Assembly (NCBI RefSeq): GCF_000953295.1
Contig: NZ_LN649255.1
Location: 210,001-242,000 of the forward strand
Direction: 5' to 3'
Source of the DNA: Candidatus Portiera aleyrodidarum
GTDB lineage: Bacteria > Pseudomonadota > Gammaproteobacteria > Johnevansiales > Johnevansiaceae
DNA length: 32,000 bases
The translations under genes were made by a program, and so were the position numbers. A model generated the notes under the pieces. It was not told the origin of the DNA. It made no database searches and saw only the letters and a program-made list of their open reading frames with translations. This document shows positions 1 through 9,195 of this stretch, piece after piece. How positions within the stretch are numbered: position 1 is the stretch's first letter; every line of letters starts with the position of its first letter.

Positions 1-527
1 GTTTTAATTTAATTATATTATTACGAATCATAAAAAATGAACTATTATTAGCTTTTATTACTTCTAGTTCGGAAACAGTATTATTAAAATTAATGTCTAA
101 AATGGAAAATTATGGAGCTCCAAAAAATATTTGTAATTTTGTAATCCCTACTGGATATTCATTTAATTTAGATGGTTCAACGTTATATCAAAGTATTGCT
201 GCTTTATTTATAGCACAACTTTATGGAATAAATTTAAATTTATTTACACAAGTTACTTTAATCTTTACTCTAATGATTACGTCAAAAGGAATAGCAGGAA
301 TTCCAGGAGTATCTTTTGTTGTGTTATTAGCTACATTAGGTAGTATAGGAATTCCTATTGAAGGTTTAGCTTTTATTGCAGGAGTAGATCGAATATTAGA
401 TATGGCTAGAACAGGATTAAATGTTATAGGTAATGCATTAGCTGTATTAATAATTTCAAAATGGGAAAATCAATATGATAAAAATAAAGGGTTAAGTTAT
501 TTTGAAAGTAAAAAATATAAGGGATAA
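1..527 (+). CDS. dctA: C4-dicarboxylate transporter, DctA/GltP (dicarboxylate/amino acid:cation symporter) family. C-terminal part only; the 5' end lies outside the window.
   Basis: The frame of the 93..527 ORF stays open back to the window edge (codons from position 3, no stop). The translation ...LAFITSSSETVLLKLMSKMENYGAPKN..VIPTGYSFNLDGSTLYQ..SKGIAGIPG..GVDRILDMARTGLNVIGNA..KWENQYD matches the conserved C-terminal half of DctA. VIPTGYSFNLDG is identical to my recollection of E. coli DctA. Confidence 0.85.
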   Translation, partial: FNLIILLRIIKNELLLAFITSSSETVLLKLMSKMENYGAPKNICNFVIPTGYSFNLDGSTLYQSIAALFIAQLYGINLNLFTQVTLIFTLMITSKGIAGIPGVSFVVLLATLGSIGIPIEGLAFIAGVDRILDMARTGLNVIGNALAVLIISKWENQYDKNKGLSYFESKKYKG

Positions 528-536
528 GAAAATATA

Positions 537-965
537 ATGAAAATATTTTTAATTAATGGACCAAATTTAAATTATTTAGGAAATAGACAAAATAATATAT
601 ATGGATTTAATACGTTAAATGATATAGAAAATTTATTAATAAAAAAAGCAATAAAATTTAAAATTGAAATAGAATGTTATCATTCTAATCATGAGGGTTA
701 TATAATAGATACTATACAACGGGCATATAATAAATGTAATGCTATTATTATAAATGCAGGGGGGTATAGTCATACATCAATATCTATATTAGATGCATTA
801 AATATTTTTAAAGGGAAAATAATAGAAGTACATATATCTAATATAAATAAGCGGGAAAAGTTTAGAAAAAAATCTTATATTTCTACTAGAGCTAATGCAG
901 TGATATCTGGATTGGGAATATATGGCTATATATCAGCATTAGATTATTTAATAAAAGAATATTAA
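537..965 (+). CDS. aroQ: 3-dehydroquinate dehydratase, type II
   Basis: ATG start, 142 aa. Motifs INGPNLNYLG, HSNHEGYIID, IIINAGGYSHTS and EVHISNI..RE.FR are typical of AroQ. Confidence 0.92.
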   Translation: MKIFLINGPNLNYLGNRQNNIYGFNTLNDIENLLIKKAIKFKIEIECYHSNHEGYIIDTIQRAYNKCNAIIINAGGYSHTSISILDALNIFKGKIIEVHISNINKREKFRKKSYISTRANAVISGLGIYGYISALDYLIKEY

Positions 966-1840
966 TTCTTTTTTATAACATACATTGTGGCGCTTCGTGA
1001 ACTTTTATTAAAAATAAGTTCTTCTTTATTTGGATATATTTTTTTTAAATTATATTTTTTTTTATTTATAGTATTAGTTTTAATTAAAGATTTTATTAAA
1101 GTTGATTCTAAAGAATTAAAAGTAATAATAATTAATTTTTTATTTATATCTAAAAGGTCTAAAGATGAAATTATTACTTTCTCTAGATTAGTTAATTCAT
1201 TATTTATATAAATACGTATAGATTGAAAAACTTTTGTTGCAGGATGGGTTTTATTTTTTTTAAATTTTATTTTTTTTATTAAATTAGATAATTCTAAAGT
1301 CATTTTAAATGGATATTTAATCCTACGTTTACATATTTCGTTTGTAATTTTATTTGACTTTTTATCTTCTCCATATTTTTTTAATATATTTAAAATTTCT
1401 TTTTTTTTATAATTATTTAACATTTCAGAAGCTTTTATTCCTAAGTTATTATTTATTCTCATATCTAATGGACCATTTTTATAAAAACTAAAACCTCTTT
1501 TAAAATCTTTAATTTGATTTTTAGAAATTCCTAAATCTAATAAAATTCCAGATACTTTTCCTAATTTTTTTTTAAAAGCAAAATTTTCTAATTTATTAAA
1601 ATTTATATTAATCAATTTAAATCTTTTATCACGAATTATTTTTTTTGCATAAATCTTTGTATTAAAATCATTATCTATTGCTATTAATTTACCTTTTTTA
1701 GATAATCTTTTTAAGATCTTTTTGCTATGTCCTCCACTTCCATAAGTACAATCTATATATATCCCATCTTGATTATTTATTAATAAATCAATAGCTTTAT
1801 TTATAAATAAACTTTTCTGATTAGTTTCTTGATTTTTCAT
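962..1840 (-). CDS. rsmH: 16S rRNA (cytosine1402-N4)-methyltransferase RsmH (MraW)
   Basis: ATG start, 292 aa. Motifs DGIYIDCTYGSGGHS (SAM-binding), AIDND, GILLDLGISKNQ and RGFSF..NGPLDMR are characteristic of RsmH. Confidence 0.9.
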   Translation of the reverse strand: MKNQETNQKSLFINKAIDLLINNQDGIYIDCTYGSGGHSKKILKRLSKKGKLIAIDNDFNTKIYAKKIIRDKRFKLININFNKLENFAFKKKLGKVSGILLDLGISKNQIKDFKRGFSFYKNGPLDMRINNNLGIKASEMLNNYKKKEILNILKKYGEDKKSNKITNEICKRRIKYPFKMTLELSNLIKKIKFKKNKTHPATKVFQSIRIYINNELTNLEKVIISSLDLLDINKKLIIITFNSLESTLIKSLIKTNTINKKKYNLKKIYPNKEELIFNKSSRSATMYVIKKN

Positions 1841-2163
1841 ATACCATAAGCCGGATTCTGTTATAAATTTACAGTCATTTATCTAATATATATATTACTA
1901 TATATATATATGCAACTTACCAGAATTTTTTTTATAGAGCTTAAATTCTTTTTTAGTTTTACTCAAAGTGGGGTTTACATAACGAATTTGTTTCCAAACA
2001 CGCGGGATGCTTTTACCAAACCATTTCACCTTTATCTAAAAAATAGATAGTATTTTTTCTTTTGTACTTTTCCGTCAAATTTTGCCCAGCGCTTAACTGG
2101 CACTTTTCTCTTCGAGTCCGGACTTTCCTCTTATAAATCTTTTATAAGTGACTGTATAGTATA
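1841..2163 (-). ncRNA. rnpB: RNase P RNA (bacterial type A), reduced, about 323 nt; ends approximate
   Basis: The minus strand reads ..AUACUAUACAGUCAC..AGAGGAAAGUCCGGACUC..GUGCCAGUUAAGCGCUGGGC..AGGUGAAAUGGUUUGGUAAAAGC..AUGACUGU..ACAGAAUCCGGCUUAUGGUAU. It contains the universal elements GAGGAAAGUCCGG and ACAGAAUCCGGCUUA. P1 can pair (AUACUAUA with UAUGGUAU) and P2 can pair (CAGUCA with UGACUG). The element fills an otherwise unexplained GC-richer 350-bp gap. Confidence 0.9.
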
Positions 2164-2190
2164 TTACTTATTTATAAAAAAAATTATAAT

Positions 2191-2571
2191 TTAACGTTTT
2201 GAAAATTGAGGTGATTTTCTTGATTTTCTTAATCCAATTTTTTTTCTTTCAACTTTTCTTGAATCTCTCATTAAATAACCATTTTTTCTTAAATTATAAC
2301 GAAATTTAACATTAAAAGCTAATAATGCACGAGCTAAACCATGTCTTATTGCTTCAGCTTGTGCTTTATAGCCACCGCCCCTTACAGTAATTTTAATATT
2401 AAAAGTATTAACATTATTTGTTATTTCTAACGGTTCGAGAACAATAAAATGCATATATTTATTAAAATAATCATTTAATTTATTTTTATTTATTAAAATT
2501 TTTCCTTTGCCTAATTTTATAAAAACTCTCGCTACTGCAGTTTTTCTACGTCCAGTACCATAATAATACAT
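2191..2571 (-). CDS. rpsI: 30S ribosomal protein S9
   Basis: ATG start preceded by AAGAGGA. 126 aa with YYGTGRRKTAVARV, GGGYKAQAEAIRHGLARAL and a C-terminal ..RKSPQFSKR. Confidence 0.97.
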   Translation of the reverse strand: MYYYGTGRRKTAVARVFIKLGKGKILINKNKLNDYFNKYMHFIVLEPLEITNNVNTFNIKITVRGGGYKAQAEAIRHGLARALLAFNVKFRYNLRKNGYLMRDSRKVERKKIGLRKSRKSPQFSKR

Positions 2572-2593
2572 TTTCTATCCTCTTAAATTAATA

Positions 2594-3022
2594 TTAAATT
2601 AATATTTCTAAAGGTTTTTGAGCAATATGTGGGTGTTTTTTTCCTTTATATATTTTAAGTTTTTTTCCAATTAATCTACCTAATGTAGTTTTTGGTAACA
2701 TTCCTTTTACTGCTAATTTTATTATTTTTTCTGGATTTTTTTTTATCATATCAACTAATTTGATTTTACGTAACCCTCCTGGAAAACCAGTGTGATAATA
2801 ATAATTTTTTTTTATTAATTTTTTTCCTGTTAATTTTATTTTATCTGCATTTATAATTATAATATAATCTCCTACATTTGAATAATGATTGTAAATAACT
2901 TTATTTTTTCCTAATAAATAATAAACTATTTTTGTAGCTAACCTACCTAGCGGTTTTTTATAAGCATTTATTATATACCATTCTTTTTTAATAAAATTAA
3001 TATTTACATTAAACGTTTTCAT
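2594..3022 (-). CDS. rplM: 50S ribosomal protein L13
   Basis: 142 aa with WYIINA..KPLGRLAT, YYYHTGFPGG and AVKGMLPK. It lies in the conserved rplM-rpsI order. Confidence 0.96.
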   Translation of the reverse strand: MKTFNVNINFIKKEWYIINAYKKPLGRLATKIVYYLLGKNKVIYNHYSNVGDYIIIINADKIKLTGKKLIKKNYYYHTGFPGGLRKIKLVDMIKKNPEKIIKLAVKGMLPKTTLGRLIGKKLKIYKGKKHPHIAQKPLEILI

Positions 3023-3038
3023 CTTCTTTCATACCTTA

Positions 3039-3665
3039 TTATATAATAGAAATTAATAATTCAAGTAATGGATTTATATATTTATATTTTCTAATCATAG
3101 CCGACTTATTTACTATTAATCTAGTACTTATATTTGTTATTAAGTTTTTTGGCTCCATTCCATTTCTTTTTAATGTATTTCCTGTATCAACTATATCTAT
3201 AATTTCATCTGCTATATTCATAAGTGGGGCTAATTCCATAGCTCCATATAATTTGATTATTTCAGCATTTATACCTTTACTTGCATAATAATTTTTTGCT
3301 ATTTTAATAAATTTTGTTGCTACTTTACGTTTTCTTTTTTTTATATTAAAACCAATTAAACCTGCAGTCATTAAACGACATTTAGAAATTTTAAAATCTA
3401 TTGGTTCATAAAAACCTTTAGAACCATTTTCTAATAAAACATCCTTACCAACAATTCCCATATCAGCTGCACCTAATTTAACATAAGTAGGCACATCTAT
3501 CGCTCTTAAAAAAATTAAATTTAAATATTTTTTTTTTGTATTAAATAATAATTTTCTATTATTATTTATAGAATCAATGGGAATTATACCTGCTTTTTTT
3601 ATTAATGATAAACTTTTTAAAAGTATACGTCCTTTGGATAAAGCAATTACTAAAGGTTCTATCAT
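3039..3665 (-). CDS. hisG: ATP phosphoribosyltransferase, short form (HisG-S)
   Basis: 208 aa with IALSKGRIL, RAIDVPTYVKLGAADMGIVGKDVL, LYGAMELAP and DIVDTGNTLK.NG. There is no C-terminal regulatory domain, so this is the short form. Confidence 0.9.
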   Translation of the reverse strand: MIEPLVIALSKGRILLKSLSLIKKAGIIPIDSINNNRKLLFNTKKKYLNLIFLRAIDVPTYVKLGAADMGIVGKDVLLENGSKGFYEPIDFKISKCRLMTAGLIGFNIKKRKRKVATKFIKIAKNYYASKGINAEIIKLYGAMELAPLMNIADEIIDIVDTGNTLKRNGMEPKNLITNISTRLIVNKSAMIRKYKYINPLLELLISII

Positions 3666-3745
3666 AAGATTTTTATTATTCTAGTTATATTTTTATTTTA
3701 TTTATATTATTATATATTATTTATAGACTTTAAGGAAAAGTTTTA

Positions 3746-3997
3746 ATGAAAATTAATATAAATAATTTAACTAAATTATCTAAATTAAATAAAAATAAAT
3801 TTCTTTTAAAAGATTTTAAAAAACAAATAAATTTATTATTAAAAAATTTATTTGTTATTAATATAAATTATATAAAACCTATTACAAATCCATTAAATAA
3901 TAAATATAATTTAAAAATAAGAAAAGATAGAGTTAAAAAACCTAAAAATTTAAAAGCACATATTAATAATTTTTATATTATTCCTAATATTTTATAA
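3746..3997 (+). CDS. gatC: Asp/Glu-tRNA amidotransferase subunit C (divergent)
   Basis: 83 aa, directly upstream of gatA. It keeps the GatC-like pattern I..L.KLSKL...., ..IRKDRV.. and the C-terminal FYIIPNIL (compare LR.D.V and Y.VP.V in GatC). The sequence is strongly Lys/Asn/Ile-biased, so the call rests on position plus weak motifs. Confidence 0.7.
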   Translation: MKININNLTKLSKLNKNKFLLKDFKKQINLLLKNLFVININYIKPITNPLNNKYNLKIRKDRVKKPKNLKAHINNFYIIPNIL

Positions 3998-4001
3998 AAA
4001 A

Positions 4002-5426
4002 ATGACAATAATTGATATTATTAATGGTTTAAAAAATAAACAATTTTCTTGTTACGAACTAATAAAATTTATATTAAAAAAAATAAAAAAAAATAATAAA
4101 GATTTAAATTGTTTTATAACAATTGAATATAAAACAGCTTTAAAAGAAGCAAAAAAATATGATTTTTTACGGAAATTTAATCAAAATAATTTATTAAATG
4201 GTATACCAATCGCTTATAAAGATATCTTTTGTACCAAAGGTATAAAAACAACTTGTGGATCTAATTTTTTAAAAAATTTTATTCCTACTTATAATTCTAC
4301 TCTTATTGAAAAACTTAAATATTATGGTTTTATAAATTTAGGGAAAACAAATATGGATGAATTTGCTATGGGATCGTTTAATGAAAGTAGTTATTTTGGA
4401 CAAGTTAAAAATCCTTGGAATTTAAATTTAGTATCTGGTGGGTCATCTGGGGGATCTGCATCAGCTATATCTGCTGGATTAATTCCAGCTTCTTTAGGTA
4501 CAGATACTGGAGGTTCTATAAGATTACCTTCTTCTTATTGTGGAATTACTGGTTTAAAACCTACTTATGGTTATTTGTCCAGATATGGAATTATTTCTTA
4601 TTCATCTAGTTTAGATCAAGCTGGGCCAATGGCTCATACTGTAGAAGATTGTGCAATATTATTAAATCTCCTTTCTGGTTATGATAAGCTTGATTCTACT
4701 AATATAAAATTAAATAAATATAATTTTTTAAATTATATAAATAATTCTATATCTGGAATAAAAATTGGATTACCAATAGAATATTTAAAAAATATTAATT
4801 CAAAGTTTTCTTGTCTAATACAAGACGCAATAAATATTTATAAAAAATTAGGAATAAATTTTGTTGATATTAGTTTGCCTTATATTGAATCAGCAATTTC
4901 TGCTTATTATATTATAGTTTCAGCTGAAGCTGCTTCTAATTTAGCAAAATATGATGGTATAAAATATGGATATTATAAAATAAATCCTAAATCGTTAAAG
5001 GATTTATATATAAATCCTCGTACAATTGGGTTTGGTAAACAAGTAAAAAATCGTATTTTAACAGGAACATATATATTAAATAATATAAAATATTTTATTA
5101 AAGCAAAAAAAATTAGAAATTATATTTCTAATAACTTTATAAAAATTTTTAAAAAAGTTAATGCTATAATAATACCTACAACAAAATATAGAGCTAATAA
5201 ATTTAATAAAAAAAATCAAAAGTTAAACCTGCAACAAGACATTTATACAATATCTATAAATTTAGCTGGTTTGCCTGTTATAAATATACCAATCGGATTT
5301 ATTAATAAATGTCCTATCGGTTTTCAAATTATAACACCTCCTTTTACTGAAAACTTATTATTAAATATCGCTCATTCTTATCAAAAAAATACTAATTGGC
5401 ATTTAAATTATCCAAATATTTTATAA
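4002..5426 (+). CDS. gatA: Asp/Glu-tRNA amidotransferase subunit A
   Basis: 474 aa with the amidase signature GGSSGGSASAISAG..PASLGTDTGGSIRLPSSYCGITGLKPTYG..SRYG...SSSLDQAGP. Confidence 0.95.
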   Translation: MTIIDIINGLKNKQFSCYELIKFILKKIKKNNKDLNCFITIEYKTALKEAKKYDFLRKFNQNNLLNGIPIAYKDIFCTKGIKTTCGSNFLKNFIPTYNSTLIEKLKYYGFINLGKTNMDEFAMGSFNESSYFGQVKNPWNLNLVSGGSSGGSASAISAGLIPASLGTDTGGSIRLPSSYCGITGLKPTYGYLSRYGIISYSSSLDQAGPMAHTVEDCAILLNLLSGYDKLDSTNIKLNKYNFLNYINNSISGIKIGLPIEYLKNINSKFSCLIQDAINIYKKLGINFVDISLPYIESAISAYYIIVSAEAASNLAKYDGIKYGYYKINPKSLKDLYINPRTIGFGKQVKNRILTGTYILNNIKYFIKAKKIRNYISNNFIKIFKKVNAIIIPTTKYRANKFNKKNQKLNLQQDIYTISINLAGLPVINIPIGFINKCPIGFQIITPPFTENLLLNIAHSYQKNTNWHLNYPNIL

Positions 5427-5438
5427 TGGGGTTATATA

Positions 5439-6881
5439 ATGTTAAATAAATGGGAAACTATTATTGGGATTGAAACTCATATACAATTATCAACAAAATC
5501 TAAATTATTTTCTAATTCTTCTACAAAATTTTGTATTTACCCTAATAAACAAATTTGTAATTTAGATATAGGTATGCCAGGAGTATTACCAAAATTAAAT
5601 AAAAAAGCTCTGGCTCTGGCTATTCGTTTTGGTTTAATTATAAATACTAAAATTTATAATAAATCAATTTTTGAAAGGAAAAATTATTTTTATCCAGATT
5701 TGCCTAAAGGATATCAAATAAGTCAAAAAAAAAAACCAATTTTAGGATATGGAAAAATTTCCATAGATTTAGAGAAATATCAAACTATATATATAGATCA
5801 TGTAAATTTAGAAGAAGATGCAGGTAAATTATTACATTATAAAAATAAAAGTGCAATTGATTTTAATAGATCAGGTATACCGTTATTGGAAATCATTACT
5901 AAACCTAGTTTATTAACTTATAAAGAAGTTATAAGTTATTTAAAATATCTAAATAAAATTGTAAAATATATAAATATATCTGATGCTAATTTAGCTAAAG
6001 GTGAAATGCGGTGTGATATAAATATATCAATAAGAAAAAAAGGAAATAAAAAAAATAACAATTATATTGAAATTAAAAATTTAAATTCTTATAAAAATAT
6101 TAAAAATGCAATTTTATATGAAACTAAAAGACAAATTAATATTTTAACTAAAGGTGGAAAAATAATTAAAGAAACTCGATTATATAATTTTAAAAAAAAC
6201 AAAACTTATATTTTACGTAAAAAAGAAAATAAAAATGATTATTTATATTTAAATTGTCCTGATTTATTAGAATTAAAATTAAATAAAAACTTTTTTTTTA
6301 AACAAAAAAAATCTATACCTGATTTTCCTCAAAATAAATTAAAATATTTTATAAAAATAGGATTATCTTTTAAAGAAGCTGATCTTATAACAAAGACTTT
6401 AGAAATCTCAAATTTTTTTGAAAAAACCTTTAAATTTTGTAATGATGTTAAATTAACATATACATGGATAACTTGTTATCTTTTTGAAAAATTAAAATTT
6501 TATTATTTAAAAATTAAACAAAGTCCAATTAAATATGAGTTATTAGGTAACTTATTAAGTTATATAAAAAAAAATATTATAAATATTAATTTAGCTAAAT
6601 TTATATTTAATAAATTATGGAATAAAAAAATAAATAATATAGAAAAAGAAATAAATAAAATAAAAACAGAACAAATAAATGATAAGAAATTGTTAAAGTT
6701 AATAACTTTAACATTTAATGAAAATTTATTACAACTTGAATTATATAAAAATTCAAATTTTAAAAAGAAAAAAAATATATTAAATTTTTTTATAGGGAAA
6801 GTAATAAAAAAATCAAAAAATAAAGCTAATCCAAAAAAAATTAATTTTTTTATAAATAAAAAATTAAATAAGTTAATATGA
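5439..6881 (+). CDS. gatB: Asp/Glu-tRNA amidotransferase subunit B
   Basis: 480 aa with WETIIGIETHIQL, GMPGVLP.LN, FERKNYFYPDLPKGYQISQ, LEEDAGK and MRCDINIS. The C-terminal tail domain is degenerate but retains GKV.KKSK.KANPK. Confidence 0.93.
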   Translation: MLNKWETIIGIETHIQLSTKSKLFSNSSTKFCIYPNKQICNLDIGMPGVLPKLNKKALALAIRFGLIINTKIYNKSIFERKNYFYPDLPKGYQISQKKKPILGYGKISIDLEKYQTIYIDHVNLEEDAGKLLHYKNKSAIDFNRSGIPLLEIITKPSLLTYKEVISYLKYLNKIVKYINISDANLAKGEMRCDINISIRKKGNKKNNNYIEIKNLNSYKNIKNAILYETKRQINILTKGGKIIKETRLYNFKKNKTYILRKKENKNDYLYLNCPDLLELKLNKNFFFKQKKSIPDFPQNKLKYFIKIGLSFKEADLITKTLEISNFFEKTFKFCNDVKLTYTWITCYLFEKLKFYYLKIKQSPIKYELLGNLLSYIKKNIININLAKFIFNKLWNKKINNIEKEINKIKTEQINDKKLLKLITLTFNENLLQLELYKNSNFKKKKNILNFFIGKVIKKSKNKANPKKINFFINKKLNKLI

Positions 6882-8338
6882 AAAATATAATAGTAATAAT
6901 TGGATCTGGTTTTGGAGGAATAGCTGCAGGGTTGAGAGCTAAAAAAAAAGGTTTTGATGTAATAATAATAGAACGTAATAAAAATATTGGTGGGAAAGCA
7001 CAAATATATAAAGATAATAATTATATATTTGATGCAGGTCCTACCGTTATTACAGCACCTTATTTATTTTCAGAATTATATAAACTTTTTGGAAAAAAAA
7101 TTAATAATTATATAAAATTTCTAGAATTAAAAAACTGGTATAATTTTTATTTTTTTGATAAAACTAAATTTAATTATTATAAAAATTTAAAAAAAACTGA
7201 AAAAAATATAAAAAAGTTTTCAAAAAAAGATATATATGGATATAAAAAATTATTATTAATTACAAAAATTTTTTTTGATAATTGTTTTAAATATTTTTCA
7301 ATTAAACCATTTAATAACTTTTATCAAATGATAAAATGTATACCTTTTTTTATAAAATTAAAATGTTATAAATCATATTTTAATTTAATTAAAATTTTTA
7401 TAAAAAATAATAACTTAAAGCAAATGTTTTTTATTTATCCGTTATTAATAGGTGGAAATCCATATAAGTTATCTTGTTTATACTCATTAATTATATATTT
7501 AGAAAGAAAATGGGGAATTCATTTTCCCAAAGGGGGAATAGGTTTTTTAATAAATAAATTAGAAATTTTAATGAGAGAAGAAGGTATAAAAATATATACA
7601 GGAGTAACAGTTAAGAAAATTATTACATATAAAAAAAAAGCAATAGCAATAAAATTAAATAATAATCATTATATTAAAACTAATTATATTGTTTCTAATA
7701 TTGAACCTAAATATTTATATAATAAGTTAATTAATATAAAAAATAATTTTTTAATAAAAAAGAAATTATCAAATAAAGAATATTCTTTTGGATTATTTAT
7801 ATTATATTTTGGTACTAATTATTTTTATTCAAATATTTATCATCATACAATATTATTTAATAATAATTATTATTTTTCAATAAAAAATATTTTTTATAAA
7901 AAGCATTTTAATAAAAAAAATATTAGCATTTATTTACATCATCCTACTAGAACTGATAAGTTATTAAAAAAATCTACTTTTTATGCCTTAATACCTGTAC
8001 CTAATTTAAAATATTATAAAAATTGGTCTAGATATGAAAATGAACTTTTTGTTCAAGATATAATCTCAATATTAGATTCAAAATTATTACCAAAATTAAA
8101 AAAAAATATAAAAACCTGTTTTTATATTACTCCAAAATTTTTTAAAAAAAGATATTTTAATACATTTGGTAGTGGTTTTTCAATTTCTCCTAATTTAAAT
8201 CAAATAGCATGGTTTAGATTTCATAATAAATCAGAATTAATAAAAAATCTTTATTTAGTAGGAGCCGGTACACATCCTGGGGCAGGAATCCCTGGCGTTT
8301 TATTAAGTGCAAAATTAATAGATAAATTCATTATATGA
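6878..8338 (+). CDS. crtI: Phytoene desaturase (CrtI type)
   Basis: 486 aa. The N-terminal dinucleotide fold is IIGSGFGGIAAGLRAKKKGFDV.IIERN...GGKA. It also has FDAGPTVIT and the C-terminal signature LYLVGAGTHPGAGIPGVLLSAK. The start ATG overlaps the gatB TGA stop (ATGA). Confidence 0.9.
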   Translation: MKNIIVIIGSGFGGIAAGLRAKKKGFDVIIIERNKNIGGKAQIYKDNNYIFDAGPTVITAPYLFSELYKLFGKKINNYIKFLELKNWYNFYFFDKTKFNYYKNLKKTEKNIKKFSKKDIYGYKKLLLITKIFFDNCFKYFSIKPFNNFYQMIKCIPFFIKLKCYKSYFNLIKIFIKNNNLKQMFFIYPLLIGGNPYKLSCLYSLIIYLERKWGIHFPKGGIGFLINKLEILMREEGIKIYTGVTVKKIITYKKKAIAIKLNNNHYIKTNYIVSNIEPKYLYNKLINIKNNFLIKKKLSNKEYSFGLFILYFGTNYFYSNIYHHTILFNNNYYFSIKNIFYKKHFNKKNISIYLHHPTRTDKLLKKSTFYALIPVPNLKYYKNWSRYENELFVQDIISILDSKLLPKLKKNIKTCFYITPKFFKKRYFNTFGSGFSISPNLNQIAWFRFHNKSELIKNLYLVGAGTHPGAGIPGVLLSAKLIDKFII

Positions 8339-9195
8339 ATAAGAAAATTTTAAAAAGTTCAAATAAAATAATAAAAAAATATAGTAAAAATTTTTATTTT
8401 ACAAGTTTTTTTATAATAAAAAAATATTCAAAATATTTAAAAATAATTTATTTTATATGTAGAAAACTTGATGAAATTGCTGATAAAAATTATTTAAATT
8501 CTAAAAAAAAATCTTTGAAAAGATTAACAGTAATATTAAAACAAATAAAAAATAATTCTAAACAAAAATTAGATAAACTTTCTAAATTAATAAAAAATTT
8601 AAAAAAAAATAAATCAATAAATTTAAATTCATTTATTGATTTAATCAATTGTTTAATAAAGGATATAAAATATCCAGCAAATATAAAAAATGAAAAAGAA
8701 TTAATATATTATTGTTATGGAGTAGCTGGTACTATAGGGAATATAGTTTTACCTTTTATAAAATGTTCAATAACTAATACTATTAAGGCTATCAATTTAG
8801 GTATTTTTTTGCAAATGATTAATATTGCTAGAGATGTGTTAGAAGATGCTTTTAAAGGAAGACGTTATTTGCCAGCATGTTGGGTTAATAATATAAATGC
8901 AAAAGAAATTATTTATTTATCAAATATTCCTATTAACAAAAAACATAAACTAATTTCATCTGCTATTATTCGTTTACTTTTTTTATCAGAATATTATTAT
9001 ATTAAAGGTATAAAAAATATTTATAAAGTAAATTATATAAATCGTATAATTATAACAATAATTAGTTCAATATATTATAAAATAAATATAAATATAAGTA
9101 ATACTAAATATTATTGGATTTATAAACGTATTTATATATCTTTATATTATAAAATATTTATAACGCTAAAAACTATTATTAAATCTATATGTTAA
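8335..9195 (+). CDS. crtB: Phytoene synthase (CrtB)
   Basis: 286 aa with SKNFYFTS, two Asp-rich motifs (CRKLDEIAD and ARDVLEDA), YCYGVAGTIG and LGIFLQMINIARDV.ED...GRRYLPACW. The start overlaps the crtI stop (ATGA). Confidence 0.88.
   Translation: MNKKILKSSNKIIKKYSKNFYFTSFFIIKKYSKYLKIIYFICRKLDEIADKNYLNSKKKSLKRLTVILKQIKNNSKQKLDKLSKLIKNLKKNKSINLNSFIDLINCLIKDIKYPANIKNEKELIYYCYGVAGTIGNIVLPFIKCSITNTIKAINLGIFLQMINIARDVLEDAFKGRRYLPACWVNNINAKEIIYLSNIPINKKHKLISSAIIRLLFLSEYYYIKGIKNIYKVNYINRIIITIISSIYYKININISNTKYYWIYKRIYISLYYKIFITLKTIIKSIC

Noticed and set aside
987-1211. A 74-aa plus-strand ORF inside rsmH.
   Set aside because: It is the antisense shadow of rsmH, with no conserved features.
4415-4609. 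A 64-aa same-strand, alternative-frame ORF across the gatA amidase signature region (Trp/Cys/Tyr-rich).
   Set aside because: It lies in the GC-richer, highly conserved GGSSGGSA..GTDTGGSIR segment, where off-frame stops are rarer. I see no evidence of a slippery site or selection on the second frame.
6560-7003. A 147-aa ORF antisense to the gatB 3' end and crtI 5' end. It is Phe/Ile-rich and looks membrane-protein-like.
   Set aside because: It is the mirror image of Lys/Asn-rich (AAA/AAT) coding sequence, which gives TTT/ATT codons and few stops. It has no motif, no SD, and lies entirely within two well-supported genes.
6878-8338. Possible UGA-to-Trp recoding, as seen in some tiny symbiont genomes.
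   Set aside because: TGA terminates gatB (6879-6881), crtI (6 codons after the C-terminal signature region, 8336-8338) and metG. Conserved Trp positions use TGG. No conserved gene needs read-through of TGA, so the standard code fits.
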